Shown: in pieces, positions 31,244 through 41,883 of the stretch | Numbering within the stretch: the stretch's first letter is position 1 | Layout of the letters: the number at the start of each line of letters is the position of its first letter | NCBI GenBank assembly: GCA_963668645.2 | Contig: CAXXWC010000013.1 | Location: 32,001-96,000 of the forward strand | DNA length: 64,000 nucleotides | Direction of reading: 5' to 3' | Origin: Desulfobacterales bacterium | GTDB taxonomy: Bacteria; Desulfobacterota; Desulfobacteria; Desulfobacterales; UBA2174 | Program-made: the position numbers and the translations under genes | The notes under the pieces: model-generated | Database searches by the model: none | What the model saw: the letters and a program-made list of their open reading frames with translations, nothing else | What the model was told of the DNA's origin: nothing

Positions 31244-32691
31244 GCGACAAAGCACACCTGCTGATCGTGGATGACGAGCCGGACATGCTCGAGGGGCTGC
31301 GGCGCGTTTTGGGCTATGAAATGCCCGACCTTGACGTGGCGACCTGCTGCGACGGGCGCCGTGCCATGGTCCTGGCGCGCCAGCGGCGGCCGGATCTGCT
31401 CCTGCTGGACGTACGCATGCCGCAGATCGACGGCATGGCCCTGCTCGAAACGCTTCTGGATGAGGATGCATCGCTGACCTGCATTATGATGACAGCCCAC
31501 GGTACCATCGAGCTGGCCGTCGCGGCCATCAAAGCCGGCGCCTACGACTTTATCGCCAAGCCGTTTGAAAACGAAGACCTGCTGCGCCTGCTGGCCAAAG
31601 GGCTGGAACGCAACCGCCTGATCCTGGAAAATCGCGATCTGCGCCGCCACGTGGGGGTGAGCGACTTTCACGGCATGGTGGGCCGCAGCGGGCCCATGCT
31701 CCGGCTTTTCGAGCAGATCCAGGCCACGGCGCGTTCGGACTACAGCGTCCTGATCCGCGGCGAAAGCGGCACCGGCAAAGAGCTGGCCGCCCGGGCCCTG
31801 CACCGGCTCAGCCGGCGCAGCCGGTTTCCCCTGGTAACGGTCAACTGTGCAGCGATTCCTGAACACCTGCTGGAAAGCGAGCTGTTCGGACACCGGCGCG
31901 GCGCATTTACCGGTGCGGATCGCGATCAAAAAGGGCTTTTCGAAGAGGCCGACGGCGGCACCCTGCTGCTGGACGAAATCGGCGAACTGCCGGTGGCCGT
32001 CCAGACCAAGTTGCTGCGGGCGTTGCAGGACGGGGAGATCCGCCCCCTGGGCGCCGGCCGGCCGCGGCAGGTCAATGTGCGGATCGTGGCGGCCACCAAC
32101 CAGGACCTGGAGGCCCGGATCCGCGAACGGGCCTTCCGGGAGGACCTCTACTACCGGCTCAACGTGATCACGATCCGCACCCCGGCCCTGCGGGAAGTGC
32201 CCGAGGATATCGCCCTGATGGCGAACCATTTCGCCCGCCAGGCGGCCGCCGAACTCGATGTCCCGGTCAAACGTCTGGCGCCCGAGACCCTGGCGGACCT
32301 GGCCCGGCGCCCGTGGCCCGGCAATGTGCGCCAGTTGCAGAATGCCGTGCGCCGGGCGGTGATGTTCGCCGCGGGGGAGGTGGTCAGTGTGGCGGATCTG
32401 GCCTTTCTCGAGACCGCCCAGGCTGTTGGGCCGCCCGTTTCCCTGGAGTTCGATCTTTCCGCCGCCGGCGTCATCCCTTACAAGGACGCCAAGGTCCAGG
32501 TGATGGAACGCTTCACCCGGGCATATGTCACCGATCTTTTGGACAAGACCGGCGGCAACATCAGCCAGGGCGCCGTCCTGAGCGGGATCGGCCGTCCTTC
32601 CCTGCACCGGATCATCCGGCGTCTGGGCATCCATTGCGGCAAGGCGGTCCCGGGCGAAGGAGAATGCCGCGAGGGGAGCCTTGATCTTTAG
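31240..32691 (+). CDS. Sigma54-dependent NtrC-family response regulator
   Basis: Receiver domain; [33 protein letters not shown]; Fis-type HTH. Confidence 0.93.
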   Translation: MSDKAHLLIVDDEPDMLEGLRRVLGYEMPDLDVATCCDGRRAMVLARQRRPDLLLLDVRMPQIDGMALLETLLDEDASLTCIMMTAHGTIELAVAAIKAGAYDFIAKPFENEDLLRLLAKGLERNRLILENRDLRRHVGVSDFHGMVGRSGPMLRLFEQIQATARSDYSVLIRGESGTGKELAARALHRLSRRSRFPLVTVNCAAIPEHLLESELFGHRRGAFTGADRDQKGLFEEADGGTLLLDEIGELPVAVQTKLLRALQDGEIRPLGAGRPRQVNVRIVAATNQDLEARIRERAFREDLYYRLNVITIRTPALREVPEDIALMANHFARQAAAELDVPVKRLAPETLADLARRPWPGNVRQLQNAVRRAVMFAAGEVVSVADLAFLETAQAVGPPVSLEFDLSAAGVIPYKDAKVQVMERFTRAYVTDLLDKTGGNISQGAVLSGIGRPSLHRIIRRLGIHCGKAVPGEGECREGSLDL

Positions 32692-32822
32692 CACCAAATA
32701 AGTGTATCTGAATCTATCCGGTGTGATACTTCAACCTGCGGTTTTTTAGTGGCCGGCGCGTGACTTTGCGGCCCGGTGGTCGTGCACAACTGCGTCGACC
32801 GAATAGGAGAGGATATTTCGCC

Positions 32823-33449
32823 ATGGACCGACGACCTGCCGCTGCAGGCAAAAGCAGCTTTGATCTGATCGACCAGGAGACCTTTTTTTCCGCCCTGAAT
32901 CTGAACGGCCCCCTGACGGTGCTGGACGTGGGATGCGGGGTCGGCAACTATGTCATGGCCCTGGCCGAGCGGATCGGCCCCGAGGGGCAAATCATCGGTC
33001 TGGACGCTTGGCCGGAGGGGATCGAGACCCTTCACCGGCGTGCGGCCGACCGTGGGATGAGCCAGGTCCAGCCCCTGCTGATGGACATGCAGCAGGGCAT
33101 TCCGCTGGAGGCGGCCAGCGTGGATCTTTGCCTTCTGGCCACGGTCTACCACGATCTGGTTCAGGATGGCCTGAGCGGCGAGGCCGTTTCGGACATCCGC
33201 CGGGTGCTCAAGCCGGGCGGCCGCCTGGCGGTGGTTGAATTCAAGCGTATGGACGGGCCTCCCGGCCCCCCCCGGCGGATCCGCATCGGTCCCAACGAAC
33301 TGCGCGGCCGCCTGGCGCCTGAAGGTTTCGAGGAGATCCGCACGGGGAGCCTGGGGCCGTTCGTTTACATCAGCGTTTTTCGCAAATCCACGTCGGCTGC
33401 GAAACGCACCGATGCCGGTCGCAGCAGCAGGGCCGGGCAGGAAAGATAG
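32823..33449 (+). CDS. Class I SAM-dependent methyltransferase
   Basis: VLDVGCGVG and RVLKPGG; AGGAGA RBS. Confidence 0.88.
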   Translation: MDRRPAAAGKSSFDLIDQETFFSALNLNGPLTVLDVGCGVGNYVMALAERIGPEGQIIGLDAWPEGIETLHRRAADRGMSQVQPLLMDMQQGIPLEAASVDLCLLATVYHDLVQDGLSGEAVSDIRRVLKPGGRLAVVEFKRMDGPPGPPRRIRIGPNELRGRLAPEGFEEIRTGSLGPFVYISVFRKSTSAAKRTDAGRSSRAGQER

Positions 33450-33463
33450 CCCGTTTTTCATTA

Positions 33464-33607
33464 GTGTCTGTCCATAAATGGTGATTTTTGGTTCCCGGCA
33501 AGCCCGAGCGAATTTCCAACCGGAGCAATAGCCTATTTGGAGGATTGGAAACGAGCCAGAATGAAAGGTGCCGTTTATGGATGGACACTCATTTTATGGA
33601 TGGACAC
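33464..33607. mobile_element. MITE-like element with a duplicated right end
   Basis: Left GTGTCTGTCCATAAA versus right TTTATGGATGGACAC (present twice in tandem); TCATTA flanks both sides. Confidence 0.6.
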
Positions 33608-33621
33608 TCATTAGGAGACCG

Positions 33622-33813
33622 ATGCCCATGCCCTGTTGCCGAACCCATTCACTTCCCATCGCCCGCTCCCTGGACCGGGTGCACGAATTCATCACCCAGG
33701 TTACCGGGAAGGCGCCTTCAGAAGACGAGATCGCCGATGCCCTGGGCCGCTATTTCGTGCTCAAGGAGATCGCCGACCATATCCAGATGTGCCGCGGCCA
33801 AAGCGAAGATTGA
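33622..33813 (+). CDS. Small hypothetical protein (63 aa)
   Basis: AGGAG RBS; host-like codon usage; MPMPCC...EIADALGRYFVLKEI. Confidence 0.55.
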   Translation: MPMPCCRTHSLPIARSLDRVHEFITQVTGKAPSEDEIADALGRYFVLKEIADHIQMCRGQSED

Positions 33814-34253
33814 CAAGCGGCCAGGGTTTCCGGGGCCGGCAGCCGCTTAAATCCCACCAGGTGGGAAGGGCAATGGCAATCGCTGGCGCCGAATCCCGGG
33901 GCCGGCAGCCACGTGTCCGGCACGGCCGCCAGGGCCGCGGCCCAGTCGTGCTCCCAGCGCCGGGGAGAAGCGCAGCACCAGAGGGCCGCCGGCTGCGCCG
34001 CGCGGCGTAGATAATCGATGTGCCAGCGCAGCTTCGAGCCGCCTTTCAAATGGCGGCCCACCCGTGCCGCCAGCCCGCCCGGACCCTGGGCGCTGCCGAC
34101 GTACCCGTAATATCCGGCGGCAAAATCGATATCCCCGAGGCGCCCCACGCCGATGCGCCGGGCGCAGCAAAGGTGCAGCCACAGGACGTAGGTCCCACCC
34201 GACTTTAAAGCATCAAGGTCCAAGTTCCCCCCAGCGTTTTCATCTCTTGGCAT
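33750..34253 (-). CDS. GIY-YIG (DUF123/Uri) endonuclease family protein
   Basis: GTYVL, YGYVGSA, RH, WHIDYL and GFGASDCHCPSHL. Confidence 0.85.
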   Translation of the reverse strand: MPRDENAGGNLDLDALKSGGTYVLWLHLCCARRIGVGRLGDIDFAAGYYGYVGSAQGPGGLAARVGRHLKGGSKLRWHIDYLRRAAQPAALWCCASPRRWEHDWAAALAAVPDTWLPAPGFGASDCHCPSHLVGFKRLPAPETLAACQSSLWPRHIWIWSAISLSTK

Positions 34254-34392
34254 GGGAACACCACGATGCCTGGCGCCACGGTCCGATGTTTTGCGGTCCA
34301 TCGGCCCGCGTTCCAGGGCTTGTCATGCAATGCCGTCATGGCGTAAGAGTGCCCTTAAAAGCGATGAATACCCCACTTGGAATTTTCGATCC

Positions 34393-34920
34393 ATGACCAT
34401 TTTACGCATTATTTCCGGCGGTCAGACCGGGGCGGACCGAGCGGCCCTGGATGCGGCCATCGCCATGGGCGTGGCGCATGGCGGCTTTCTGCCCCGGGGG
34501 CGGCTCACCGAAAACGGTCCGCTTCCCGGACGCTACGGACTTGAAGAGCTGCCCACCCGCAGCTATCCCAAACGCACCGAGCAAAACGTACTGGCCGCGG
34601 ACGGCACGGTCATCTTCAGCCACGGCCCGCTCAAGGGCGGCTCGCGGCTGACCCGGGACCTGGCCAAACGCCACGGCAAGCCCTGGATCCATTTGGATTT
34701 CGAGAAGATTCCGGTGGACGAGGCCGCCAGGACAGTTTTTGACTGGGCCAGCCGTCATCGCATCGGCGTGCTCAACGTGGCCGGATCGCGCGCCTCGGAG
34801 GACCGGCATATCTACCAGCGCACTTACGAGGCCGTGGGCAGGCTGCTGCGGTTTTCACCAAATCCGCTGCCAGGGGCCGCCGAACTGGGCAAAGCCGCCA
34901 AAAAGGGCAGGGAACGATGA
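34393..34920 (+). CDS. Putative molybdenum carrier / YpsA-SLOG family protein
   Basis: IISGGQTGADRAALD...RTEQNV...DGT...LNVAG. Confidence 0.85.
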   Translation: MTILRIISGGQTGADRAALDAAIAMGVAHGGFLPRGRLTENGPLPGRYGLEELPTRSYPKRTEQNVLAADGTVIFSHGPLKGGSRLTRDLAKRHGKPWIHLDFEKIPVDEAARTVFDWASRHRIGVLNVAGSRASEDRHIYQRTYEAVGRLLRFSPNPLPGAAELGKAAKKGRER

Positions 34921-35402
34921 AAAATAGAGGACTTGTCAAATTGCTGCTCTCCTTGACGCTGCTTCTCGGGGCCTGCGCCGGTGCGATCCCTCCGGCGGAG
35001 GAGGGCGGACCTGGTGGCGCGGCGGTTGAGGGGTCATCCGAGCGCTATGCCGTTTCGCCGCAGGGGGTGATCAGCGATTTTCAAACCGGACTTGAATGGC
35101 TCGTGGGGCCGGACCGGGATATGGATTATGCACGGGCCGTGCAGTGGGTGGCCGGGTGCCGCGAGGCGGGCGGCGGTTGGCGCATGCCGACGCGCCACGA
35201 GTTGAAAAGCCTCTATCGCGATGGGGCCGGAGAACGGAACATGGCCCCGGATTTCAAAACCAGCGGATGGTGGGTCTGGGCCGAAAACAGGGATGCCCAG
35301 ACGGCCTGGGCTTTTGCCTTCAACCACGGCTGCATCACCTGGGATGCCCGCGCCAACGCGCGTTACGGCCGGGCCTTCGCGGTTCGTTCGCCGCGGCGCT
35401 GA
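34917..35402 (+). CDS. DUF1566 lipoprotein
   Basis: Lipobox LGAC; DFQTGLEW and WRMPTRHELKSL. Confidence 0.8.
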   Translation: MKNRGLVKLLLSLTLLLGACAGAIPPAEEGGPGGAAVEGSSERYAVSPQGVISDFQTGLEWLVGPDRDMDYARAVQWVAGCREAGGGWRMPTRHELKSLYRDGAGERNMAPDFKTSGWWVWAENRDAQTAWAFAFNHGCITWDARANARYGRAFAVRSPRR

Positions 35403-35417
35403 CAGATCCGGGCCGGG

Positions 35418-36122
35418 ATGAAAAAGAAAACCGCTTCTTTCAGGCGGCGTTTGCGGCGCTGGCTTCTGGCCGCACTCGGGGGCATGCTGCTGCTGACCAT
35501 GGGCCAGGTGCTGGTGCTGCGCTGGGCGGCCCCGCCGGCCACCGTGCCGATGGTCTGGAGCTGGATTATCCACACCTTTTCCGGAAAACCCGCCGCTTCT
35601 GTGCGCTACGCGTGGGTCCCGTTGACCGCGGTCTCGGCCCACCTGCGCCGGGCGGTGATCGCCGCCGAAGACCAGCGTTTTGTCCAACATCGCGGTTTCG
35701 ACCTGGTGGAGATCGGTAATGCGGTTTCCTCTGCCGTCATCGACGGCGAACGCCTGCGCGGGGCCTCGACCATTTCGATGCAGGCGGCCCGCAGCGTTTT
35801 TCTGATCCCCAGCCGAACCGTTTTACGCAAGGCCCTGGAAGCCTATTACACCGTGCTCATCGAACTCTTCTGGGACAAGCGGCGCATCCTGGAGATGTAT
35901 CTCAACACGGTGGACTGGGGCGACGGCATCGTCGGCGCCGAGGCCGCGGCCCGGGCCTATTTCAAGGTCTCGGCCGGCAGGCTCACACCTTTGCAGGCCG
36001 CCTCGCTGGCCGCCATCCTGCCCAATCCCCACCGCTTTTCACCGCATCGTCCCGGCCCGTATCTGCGCCAGCGCCGGCAGCGCATCCTGGCCGATATGCC
36101 CGGCATGCCGCTGGTGCGGTAA
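35418..36122 (+). CDS. mtgA: Monofunctional peptidoglycan transglycosylase
   Basis: AEDQRFVQHRGFD, RGASTISMQ, RKALE, KRRILEMYLN and LPNP. Confidence 0.93.
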   Translation: MKKKTASFRRRLRRWLLAALGGMLLLTMGQVLVLRWAAPPATVPMVWSWIIHTFSGKPAASVRYAWVPLTAVSAHLRRAVIAAEDQRFVQHRGFDLVEIGNAVSSAVIDGERLRGASTISMQAARSVFLIPSRTVLRKALEAYYTVLIELFWDKRRILEMYLNTVDWGDGIVGAEAAARAYFKVSAGRLTPLQAASLAAILPNPHRFSPHRPGPYLRQRRQRILADMPGMPLVR

Positions 36123-36290
36123 GTGCCGGTTGGCACAAAACGAAAGAAAGATCCGGCCACCAACCGGTTTTCCCGTAGCCATCAGGAATCCTGACGCCGG
36201 CGCAGAAAGGGTCTGCTGCAATTTGACATATATGAAGATTTCGGCAATGCTTCCGGATAATAAGAGTGTATTTTCATTTCTCGGCAGCCG

Positions 36291-37739
36291 ATGAATCCTC
36301 ACATAATCTCCACCATCATTCTGATCGTCCACTGGCTTATCGTCATCGGGCTGTCACTTCGCGTCATCATGCGCAGGCCGCCCGTAGGGGTGGCGGTGGC
36401 ATGGCTGTCGGTGATTTTCAGCGTACCGCTCGTCGGCGCGGCCGTTTATCTGCTGTTCGGGGAAAAACGCCTTGGTTCGCGCAGGGTAGGACGGATCAAG
36501 GCGAGCATCGCCGATGTCGCCAGCTGGCAGAATACCCTCAAAGCGCAATACGACCCGGCGGCTGGGCGGATCGACCGGTTGGCGCAGCCGCTTTTCCATC
36601 ATGCCGAAAGCGTGCTGGACTTCCCGGCCTTGCCGGGCAACAGCATCGAACTGCTTTACGACTTCCAGTCGATTTTCGACTGCCTGATCGCCGACATCGA
36701 CGCTGCGCAGCATACCGTCCACCTCTGCTTCTACATTTGGCACCCGGGCGGCCGCATGACCGATGTCGTGAATGCCCTCGTCCGCGCGGCTCGGCGTGGC
36801 GTGCAATGCCGGGCTCTGGCCGATGCGATGGGAAGCAAGGCATTTTTCAAAAGCGAACTGGCCCGCCAACTGCGTGACGCGGGCGTTGAATTTGCGGCCG
36901 CTATGTCCACCGGAGTGATTCCGGCGCTCCTAGCCCGGACGGATTTGCGCAATCACCGCAAGATCGCCGTCATGGATGACCGTGTGGCCTATTCCGGGAG
37001 CCAGAACCTCGTGGATCCCAGGTTCTTCAAGCAGGCCGCGGGTGTCGGACAATGGGTGGATGCCATGACGCGCATCACCGGGCCTGCCGCAGCCTCCCTC
37101 GATGGTGTGTTCCGGCTCGACTGGTCCGTTGAAACCGGGGTCGCATTTAATCCGCCATCCAGACTTGCCGGGGACACTCCCGCGCCGGCCGGAGCGATGG
37201 TTCAGGTGGTGCCTTCCGGTCCGGACCTGCATCCGGAAGCGATCCACCAACTGCTGCTGACGGCGATCTATGCCACCCGGGAAGAACTCGTCATGACCAC
37301 ACCGTATTTTGTGCCCGATGATTCAATGCTGACCGCGCTAATGTCGGCATCGCTGCGCGGCGCGGAAGTCACGCTGATTGTTCCGGCCCGCAATGACTCG
37401 CTGCTCGTGCGCTATGCCAGTTTAGCTCCCTTTGACGACCTCATGTCCGCCGGCGTCCGGATCGCCCTGTTCAACGGCGGGCTATTGCACACCAAGAGCA
37501 TGACCATCGACGGCGCGATGAGCGTGTTCGGTTCGGTCAATCTCGACATGCGCAGCCTCTGGCTCGACTTCGAGATTTCCCTGCTGGTTTACGACCGTGA
37601 CTTTACCGCCCGCCTGCGAGCACTTCAGAATACCTATTTGAAAGATTCGGAGCGGCTCGATTTAGATTCATGGCGACGACGCCCGGCTTGGCGCCGGTTT
37701 ATGGAAAATACCTGCCGGTTGGCCGGGCCCCTGCTGTAA
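36291..37739 (+). CDS. cls: Cardiolipin synthase
   Basis: Two N-terminal TM helices; two HKD motifs (HRKIAVMD, HTKSMTID). Confidence 0.93.
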   Translation: MNPHIISTIILIVHWLIVIGLSLRVIMRRPPVGVAVAWLSVIFSVPLVGAAVYLLFGEKRLGSRRVGRIKASIADVASWQNTLKAQYDPAAGRIDRLAQPLFHHAESVLDFPALPGNSIELLYDFQSIFDCLIADIDAAQHTVHLCFYIWHPGGRMTDVVNALVRAARRGVQCRALADAMGSKAFFKSELARQLRDAGVEFAAAMSTGVIPALLARTDLRNHRKIAVMDDRVAYSGSQNLVDPRFFKQAAGVGQWVDAMTRITGPAAASLDGVFRLDWSVETGVAFNPPSRLAGDTPAPAGAMVQVVPSGPDLHPEAIHQLLLTAIYATREELVMTTPYFVPDDSMLTALMSASLRGAEVTLIVPARNDSLLVRYASLAPFDDLMSAGVRIALFNGGLLHTKSMTIDGAMSVFGSVNLDMRSLWLDFEISLLVYDRDFTARLRALQNTYLKDSERLDLDSWRRRPAWRRFMENTCRLAGPLL

Positions 37740-37931
37740 GCGGCGCTGCTTGTTGCGCCGGCGCCCGCTGCCATCCTTCCTTCCCTGCTGCGCGGCCGGC
37801 AAACGGCGCGCGGTGCCGAGCAGGATCAGGTGCGACGGGGCCTCATCCGAATCGCCATAGCGGTCCGGTCCGTTATATGACGGCCCGGACCGCGCATCTT
37901 GGTCGCCCCGTCTCTGGTGCACGAAAAAGGG

Positions 37932-37982
37932 TTGACAGGTACTAATCAATTGATTTAATCACTTGATTAAATCAATTGATTA
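37932..37982 (+). promoter_or_regulatory. Sigma70-like promoter overlapped by a perfect 19-bp inverted-repeat operator
   Basis: TTGACA at 37932, TTTAAT 16 bp later; TAATCAATTGATTTAATCA-CT-TGATTAAATCAATTGATTA. Confidence 0.8.
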
Positions 37983-38004
37983 CCCCCAGCAAGAAGGTTT
38001 GGCC

Positions 38005-38667
38005 ATGACCGAGCAGCCTTCCGACACCCGGATGCGCATCCTGGCGGCGGCAGCCGAAGTCTTCGGCACCAGGGGCTTCAAAGCCGCCACCACCCGCCAG
38101 ATCGCCGAGGCGGCGGGGGTCAACCAGGCGGCCATCAACTATCATTTCAAGGGCAAACTGGGCCTGTACAGCGAGGTGCTCGAAACGCTGCTCAAAGAGG
38201 GCTTCGAGCGTTTTCCGGCCGACATGGGGCTCAGCCCGCAAGCGCCTGCGGCCGAACGCCTGGAAGCCTTCGTGCGCTCCTTTTGCCGCCGGCTTCTGGG
38301 GCTGGACGGCTGGGGCGGCTATCACGGCAAGGCCCGGCTGATCGTCAATGAGATGGCCGATCCGAGCCCGGCCCTGGCCGATATGGTGGCCCGGTACATC
38401 CAGCCCCACAAGCAGATGCTGGTGGGCATTGTCCAGGAACTGCTCGGCCCGGGGGTGGCCTCCCACATCGTGCTGGCCTGTGCCTTCAGCATTGTGGGAC
38501 AGTGCCTTTATTACGCCACGGCCCACCCCCTGCTCACCCTGCTGGCGCCGGAACGCCAGGATCCCGAGACGCGCATCGAAGAGCTGGCCGACCATGTGTT
38601 GATCTTTTCTCTGGGAGGCATCGACAAGGTCATCGACAGCCTGTCGGCGACAGAGGAGAAGGCATGA
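38005..38667 (+). CDS. TetR regulator (CecR/YbiH-like)
   Basis: TRQIAEAAGVNQAAINYHFKGK; C-terminal SIVGQCLYY...FSLGG; first gene of the efflux operon. Confidence 0.88.
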   Translation: MTEQPSDTRMRILAAAAEVFGTRGFKAATTRQIAEAAGVNQAAINYHFKGKLGLYSEVLETLLKEGFERFPADMGLSPQAPAAERLEAFVRSFCRRLLGLDGWGGYHGKARLIVNEMADPSPALADMVARYIQPHKQMLVGIVQELLGPGVASHIVLACAFSIVGQCLYYATAHPLLTLLAPERQDPETRIEELADHVLIFSLGGIDKVIDSLSATEEKA

Positions 38668-39857
38668 CCCGAAAGCGAAAAATCGTTTCGGCCCTGGCCG
38701 TTCTGGCCGTCGCGGTGGCGGCGGTCCTTTTTTTCACCGGGCGCCGGGATGGCGATGCTGCAGCCCAGGTGCGTTTTTCCGGCAACATCGAGGTGGTCGA
38801 CGTGCCGCTTTCCTTCAAGGCGGCCGGACGCCTGGCGCAGCGCCTGGTGGACGAAGGCGAAACGGTGCGCCGCGGCCAGACCGTGGCGCGCCTCGACGCC
38901 AGCGACCAGGAACGGGTGACGGCCCGGGCCGAGGCCGAACTTGGCTATGCCGAGGCGGTCCTGGAAGAACTTCTGGCCGGCAGCCGCCCCGAAGATATCC
39001 GGCAGGCCGAAGCCCTGGCCGCCGAGGCCCGCCAGCGGCTCAAGGCCCTGGAAACCGGCAGCCGGCGCCAGCAGATCGATGCGGCCCGGGCCGAGACCGA
39101 AAGGGCCCGTGCGGCCCTGGCCGCCGCTGCGGCCCAACTCACCCAGGCCCGGGCGGATGATGCCCGTTTTTCAGCCTTGGTGGATCAAGGCGGCGTGAGC
39201 CGGCGCGACTACGAGACCCAGCACACCCGGCTGGAAACCGCCGCCGGCGCCGAAGCCGAAGCCCGGGCGCGCCTGGAAAGCGCCCGGGCCCAGCTCGATC
39301 TGGTCACCGAAGGCCCTCGTAGCGAGGACATCGCCGCGGCCCGCGCCGGGCTGCGCCAGGCCGAGGCGGCCATGGAGCGAGTCCAAAACGGCCCCCGTAC
39401 TGAAACCATCGCCGCGGCCCGGGCCCGGGTCCTGGCGGCTTCCGAAGCGCTCAAACTCGCCCGCCAGCAGTTGGCCGATATGGAACTCAAGGCGCCTATG
39501 GACAGCATGGTGCTCTTCAAGGCGGCCGAACCGGGCGCTTTCCTCGGACCGGGGACCCCGGTGGTGGTGGTGGGCGACATGGACCATCCCTGGCTCAGGG
39601 GATATGTCAACGGGCTCGATCTGGGGCGGATCCGGCTGGGGCAGAAGGTGCGCGTCACCGTGGACGCGTTCCCGGACCGGCCGGTGGAAGGCCGCCTTTC
39701 CTTTATCGCCTCGGAGGCCGAGTTCACCCCCAAAACGGTTCAGACCGAAGATGAGCGGGTCCGTCTGATGTATCGCGTCAAGGTCGACCTGCCCAACCCG
39801 GATCATCTGCTCAAGCCGGGGATGCCGGCCGACGCGCTGATCGAGCCGGCCGAATGA
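38664..39857 (+). CDS. HlyD-family periplasmic adaptor (YbhG-like)
   Basis: SGNIE, VDEGETVRRGQ, coiled coil, AEFTPKTVQT and LKPGMPAD. Confidence 0.9.
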   Translation: MTRKRKIVSALAVLAVAVAAVLFFTGRRDGDAAAQVRFSGNIEVVDVPLSFKAAGRLAQRLVDEGETVRRGQTVARLDASDQERVTARAEAELGYAEAVLEELLAGSRPEDIRQAEALAAEARQRLKALETGSRRQQIDAARAETERARAALAAAAAQLTQARADDARFSALVDQGGVSRRDYETQHTRLETAAGAEAEARARLESARAQLDLVTEGPRSEDIAAARAGLRQAEAAMERVQNGPRTETIAAARARVLAASEALKLARQQLADMELKAPMDSMVLFKAAEPGAFLGPGTPVVVVGDMDHPWLRGYVNGLDLGRIRLGQKVRVTVDAFPDRPVEGRLSFIASEAEFTPKTVQTEDERVRLMYRVKVDLPNPDHLLKPGMPADALIEPAE

Positions 39858-39924
39858 GACCGGGCCGCGCGGCGGCCTGGCCGCCCCCAAGTTTCCATGC
39901 AATCCTGACCATGGGGACAAGCAG

Positions 39925-41883
39925 ATGTCCTTGAGCCCTGCCGATACCCAGCCTGCCGCCGTTTGCGCCCGGGGTCTGACCCGGCGCTTCGGGGAGTTGA
40001 CCGCCCTGGACGGGCTCGACCTGACGGTGGCCTACGGCGAGATTTTCGGTCTGGTGGGGCCGGACGGGGCCGGCAAGACCACCGCTTTGCGGATCCTGGC
40101 CGGGATTTTGGCGCCGGACACCGGCCAGGTTGAGGTGGCCGGGGTGGACGTCGGGGCCGATCCCGTCCGGGTGCGCGACCATCTGGCCTACATGAGCCAG
40201 CGTTTCGGGCTTTATGCGGACCTGACGGTGGATGAAAACATCGATTTTTACGCCGATCTATACGGGATAGGCGCCCGGCAGCGCCGGGCCCCGGTGGCCG
40301 AGCTGCTCGCCCTTTCGGGCATGACCCCCTTCCGGCGCCGTCTGGCCGGGGATCTTTCCGGCGGCATGAAACAGAAGCTCCAGCTCGTCTGCGCCCTGAT
40401 CCACACCCCCAAGGTGCTGCTGCTCGACGAGCCCACCAACGGGGTGGATCCGGTGAGCCGGCGCGAGTTCTGGAACATCCTCTACCGCCTGCTGGATCAG
40501 GAGGTGGCCATCGTGGTCACCACCGCCTACCTGGACGAGGCCGAGCGCTGCACCCGGGTGGGGATGATCGATGCCGGCCGGATCATGGCCTCCGGCACGG
40601 CTGCCGAGATCCGCCGCCGCATGCCAGGAAAGATCCTGGCGGTGCGCAGCGACCGGGCGCGCCAGGTGCAGCAGGCCCTGGAGCGGGCGCAAGGATTCGG
40701 CCGGGTGGATCTTTTCGGCGACCGGGTCCATCTGATCGCCGGGGATATAGAAACCACCGCGGCCCGGGTGACGGCCTGTCTCACCGAGGCCGGCCTTTCC
40801 TTCGATCCGCCCCACGAAGCGGCCCCCAGCCTGGAGGATGTTTTCGTGGGCCTGCTGCATCAGCCTGCCGGGACCGGGGATCATGGGCCGGGGGCAGCCG
40901 GCGTTTTTGCCCAGCCCGGAGCGGCCCAACGGGAAACGGCGGTGACCGTTTCCGATCTGACCCGGCGTTTCAAGCGCTTTACCGCGGTGGACCGGGTCAG
41001 CTTCCAGGTGGCCGGTGGCGAGGTTTTCGGTTTTCTCGGTCCCAACGGTGCCGGCAAGAGCACCACCATCCGCATGCTCTGCGGCCTGCTGCGGCCCAGC
41101 GCGGGACAGGCCACGGTGGCCGGCTTCGAGGTGGCCACCCAGGCCGAGGCCATCAAGCAGCATATCGGGTATATGAGCCAGAAATTTTCCCTCTACGACG
41201 ATCTGACGGTTTCCGAGAATATCGCTTTTTACGGCGGGATTTACGGCCTGAAGGGCTCGCGCCTGGCCGAGCGGCGCGACTGGGCCCTGGCCACCGCCGG
41301 CCTGGCCGACCGGCGCGACAGCCTCACCCGGATTCTCGGCGGCGGGCTCAAGCAGCGCCTGGCCCTGGCCTGCGCCGTGCTGCACCAGCCGCCGATCCTC
41401 TTTCTGGACGAACCCACCAGCGGGGTGGACCCCCTGAGCCGGCGGCGCTTCTGGGATCTGATCTACGCCATGGCCGAAGGCGGGGTGACGGTTTTCGTCA
41501 CCACCCACTACATGCAGGAAGCCGAGTACTGCGACCGGGTCGCCATGATCTACCGGGGCCGGCTCATCGCCCTGGGCACACCCGCCGAACTCAAGGCCCA
41601 TTCGGTTGCCGGCCAGATTATCGATGTGCGCTGCGCGCATCCCCAAACGGTGCGCAAGGCCATCGCCGCCTTGCCCGAGGTGCGCGAGGCGGCCCTTTTC
41701 GGCGCCGGGCTCCACGTGGTGAGCACCGACGCCCAAGGGGCCAAAGCCGCCATTGGCCGGCTCCTGGCCGACCGGGGGATCGCGGCCGAGCGCCTCGAAA
41801 TCGTGCCCCCGGGCATGGAGGATGTCTTCGTGGCCCTGATCGAAGCCCATGACCGGGAAAACGGGCAGGCGGCCCATGGCTGA
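39925..41883 (+). CDS. Dual-NBD ABC ATPase (YbhF-like)
   Basis: GPDGAGKTT and GPNGAGKST; two DEPT.GVDP motifs. Confidence 0.92.
   Translation: MSLSPADTQPAAVCARGLTRRFGELTALDGLDLTVAYGEIFGLVGPDGAGKTTALRILAGILAPDTGQVEVAGVDVGADPVRVRDHLAYMSQRFGLYADLTVDENIDFYADLYGIGARQRRAPVAELLALSGMTPFRRRLAGDLSGGMKQKLQLVCALIHTPKVLLLDEPTNGVDPVSRREFWNILYRLLDQEVAIVVTTAYLDEAERCTRVGMIDAGRIMASGTAAEIRRRMPGKILAVRSDRARQVQQALERAQGFGRVDLFGDRVHLIAGDIETTAARVTACLTEAGLSFDPPHEAAPSLEDVFVGLLHQPAGTGDHGPGAAGVFAQPGAAQRETAVTVSDLTRRFKRFTAVDRVSFQVAGGEVFGFLGPNGAGKSTTIRMLCGLLRPSAGQATVAGFEVATQAEAIKQHIGYMSQKFSLYDDLTVSENIAFYGGIYGLKGSRLAERRDWALATAGLADRRDSLTRILGGGLKQRLALACAVLHQPPILFLDEPTSGVDPLSRRRFWDLIYAMAEGGVTVFVTTHYMQEAEYCDRVAMIYRGRLIALGTPAELKAHSVAGQIIDVRCAHPQTVRKAIAALPEVREAALFGAGLHVVSTDAQGAKAAIGRLLADRGIAAERLEIVPPGMEDVFVALIEAHDRENGQAAHG

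Noticed and set aside
33574..33612. CRISPR-like direct repeats
   Set aside because: Only two abutting copies, no spacer and no cas genes
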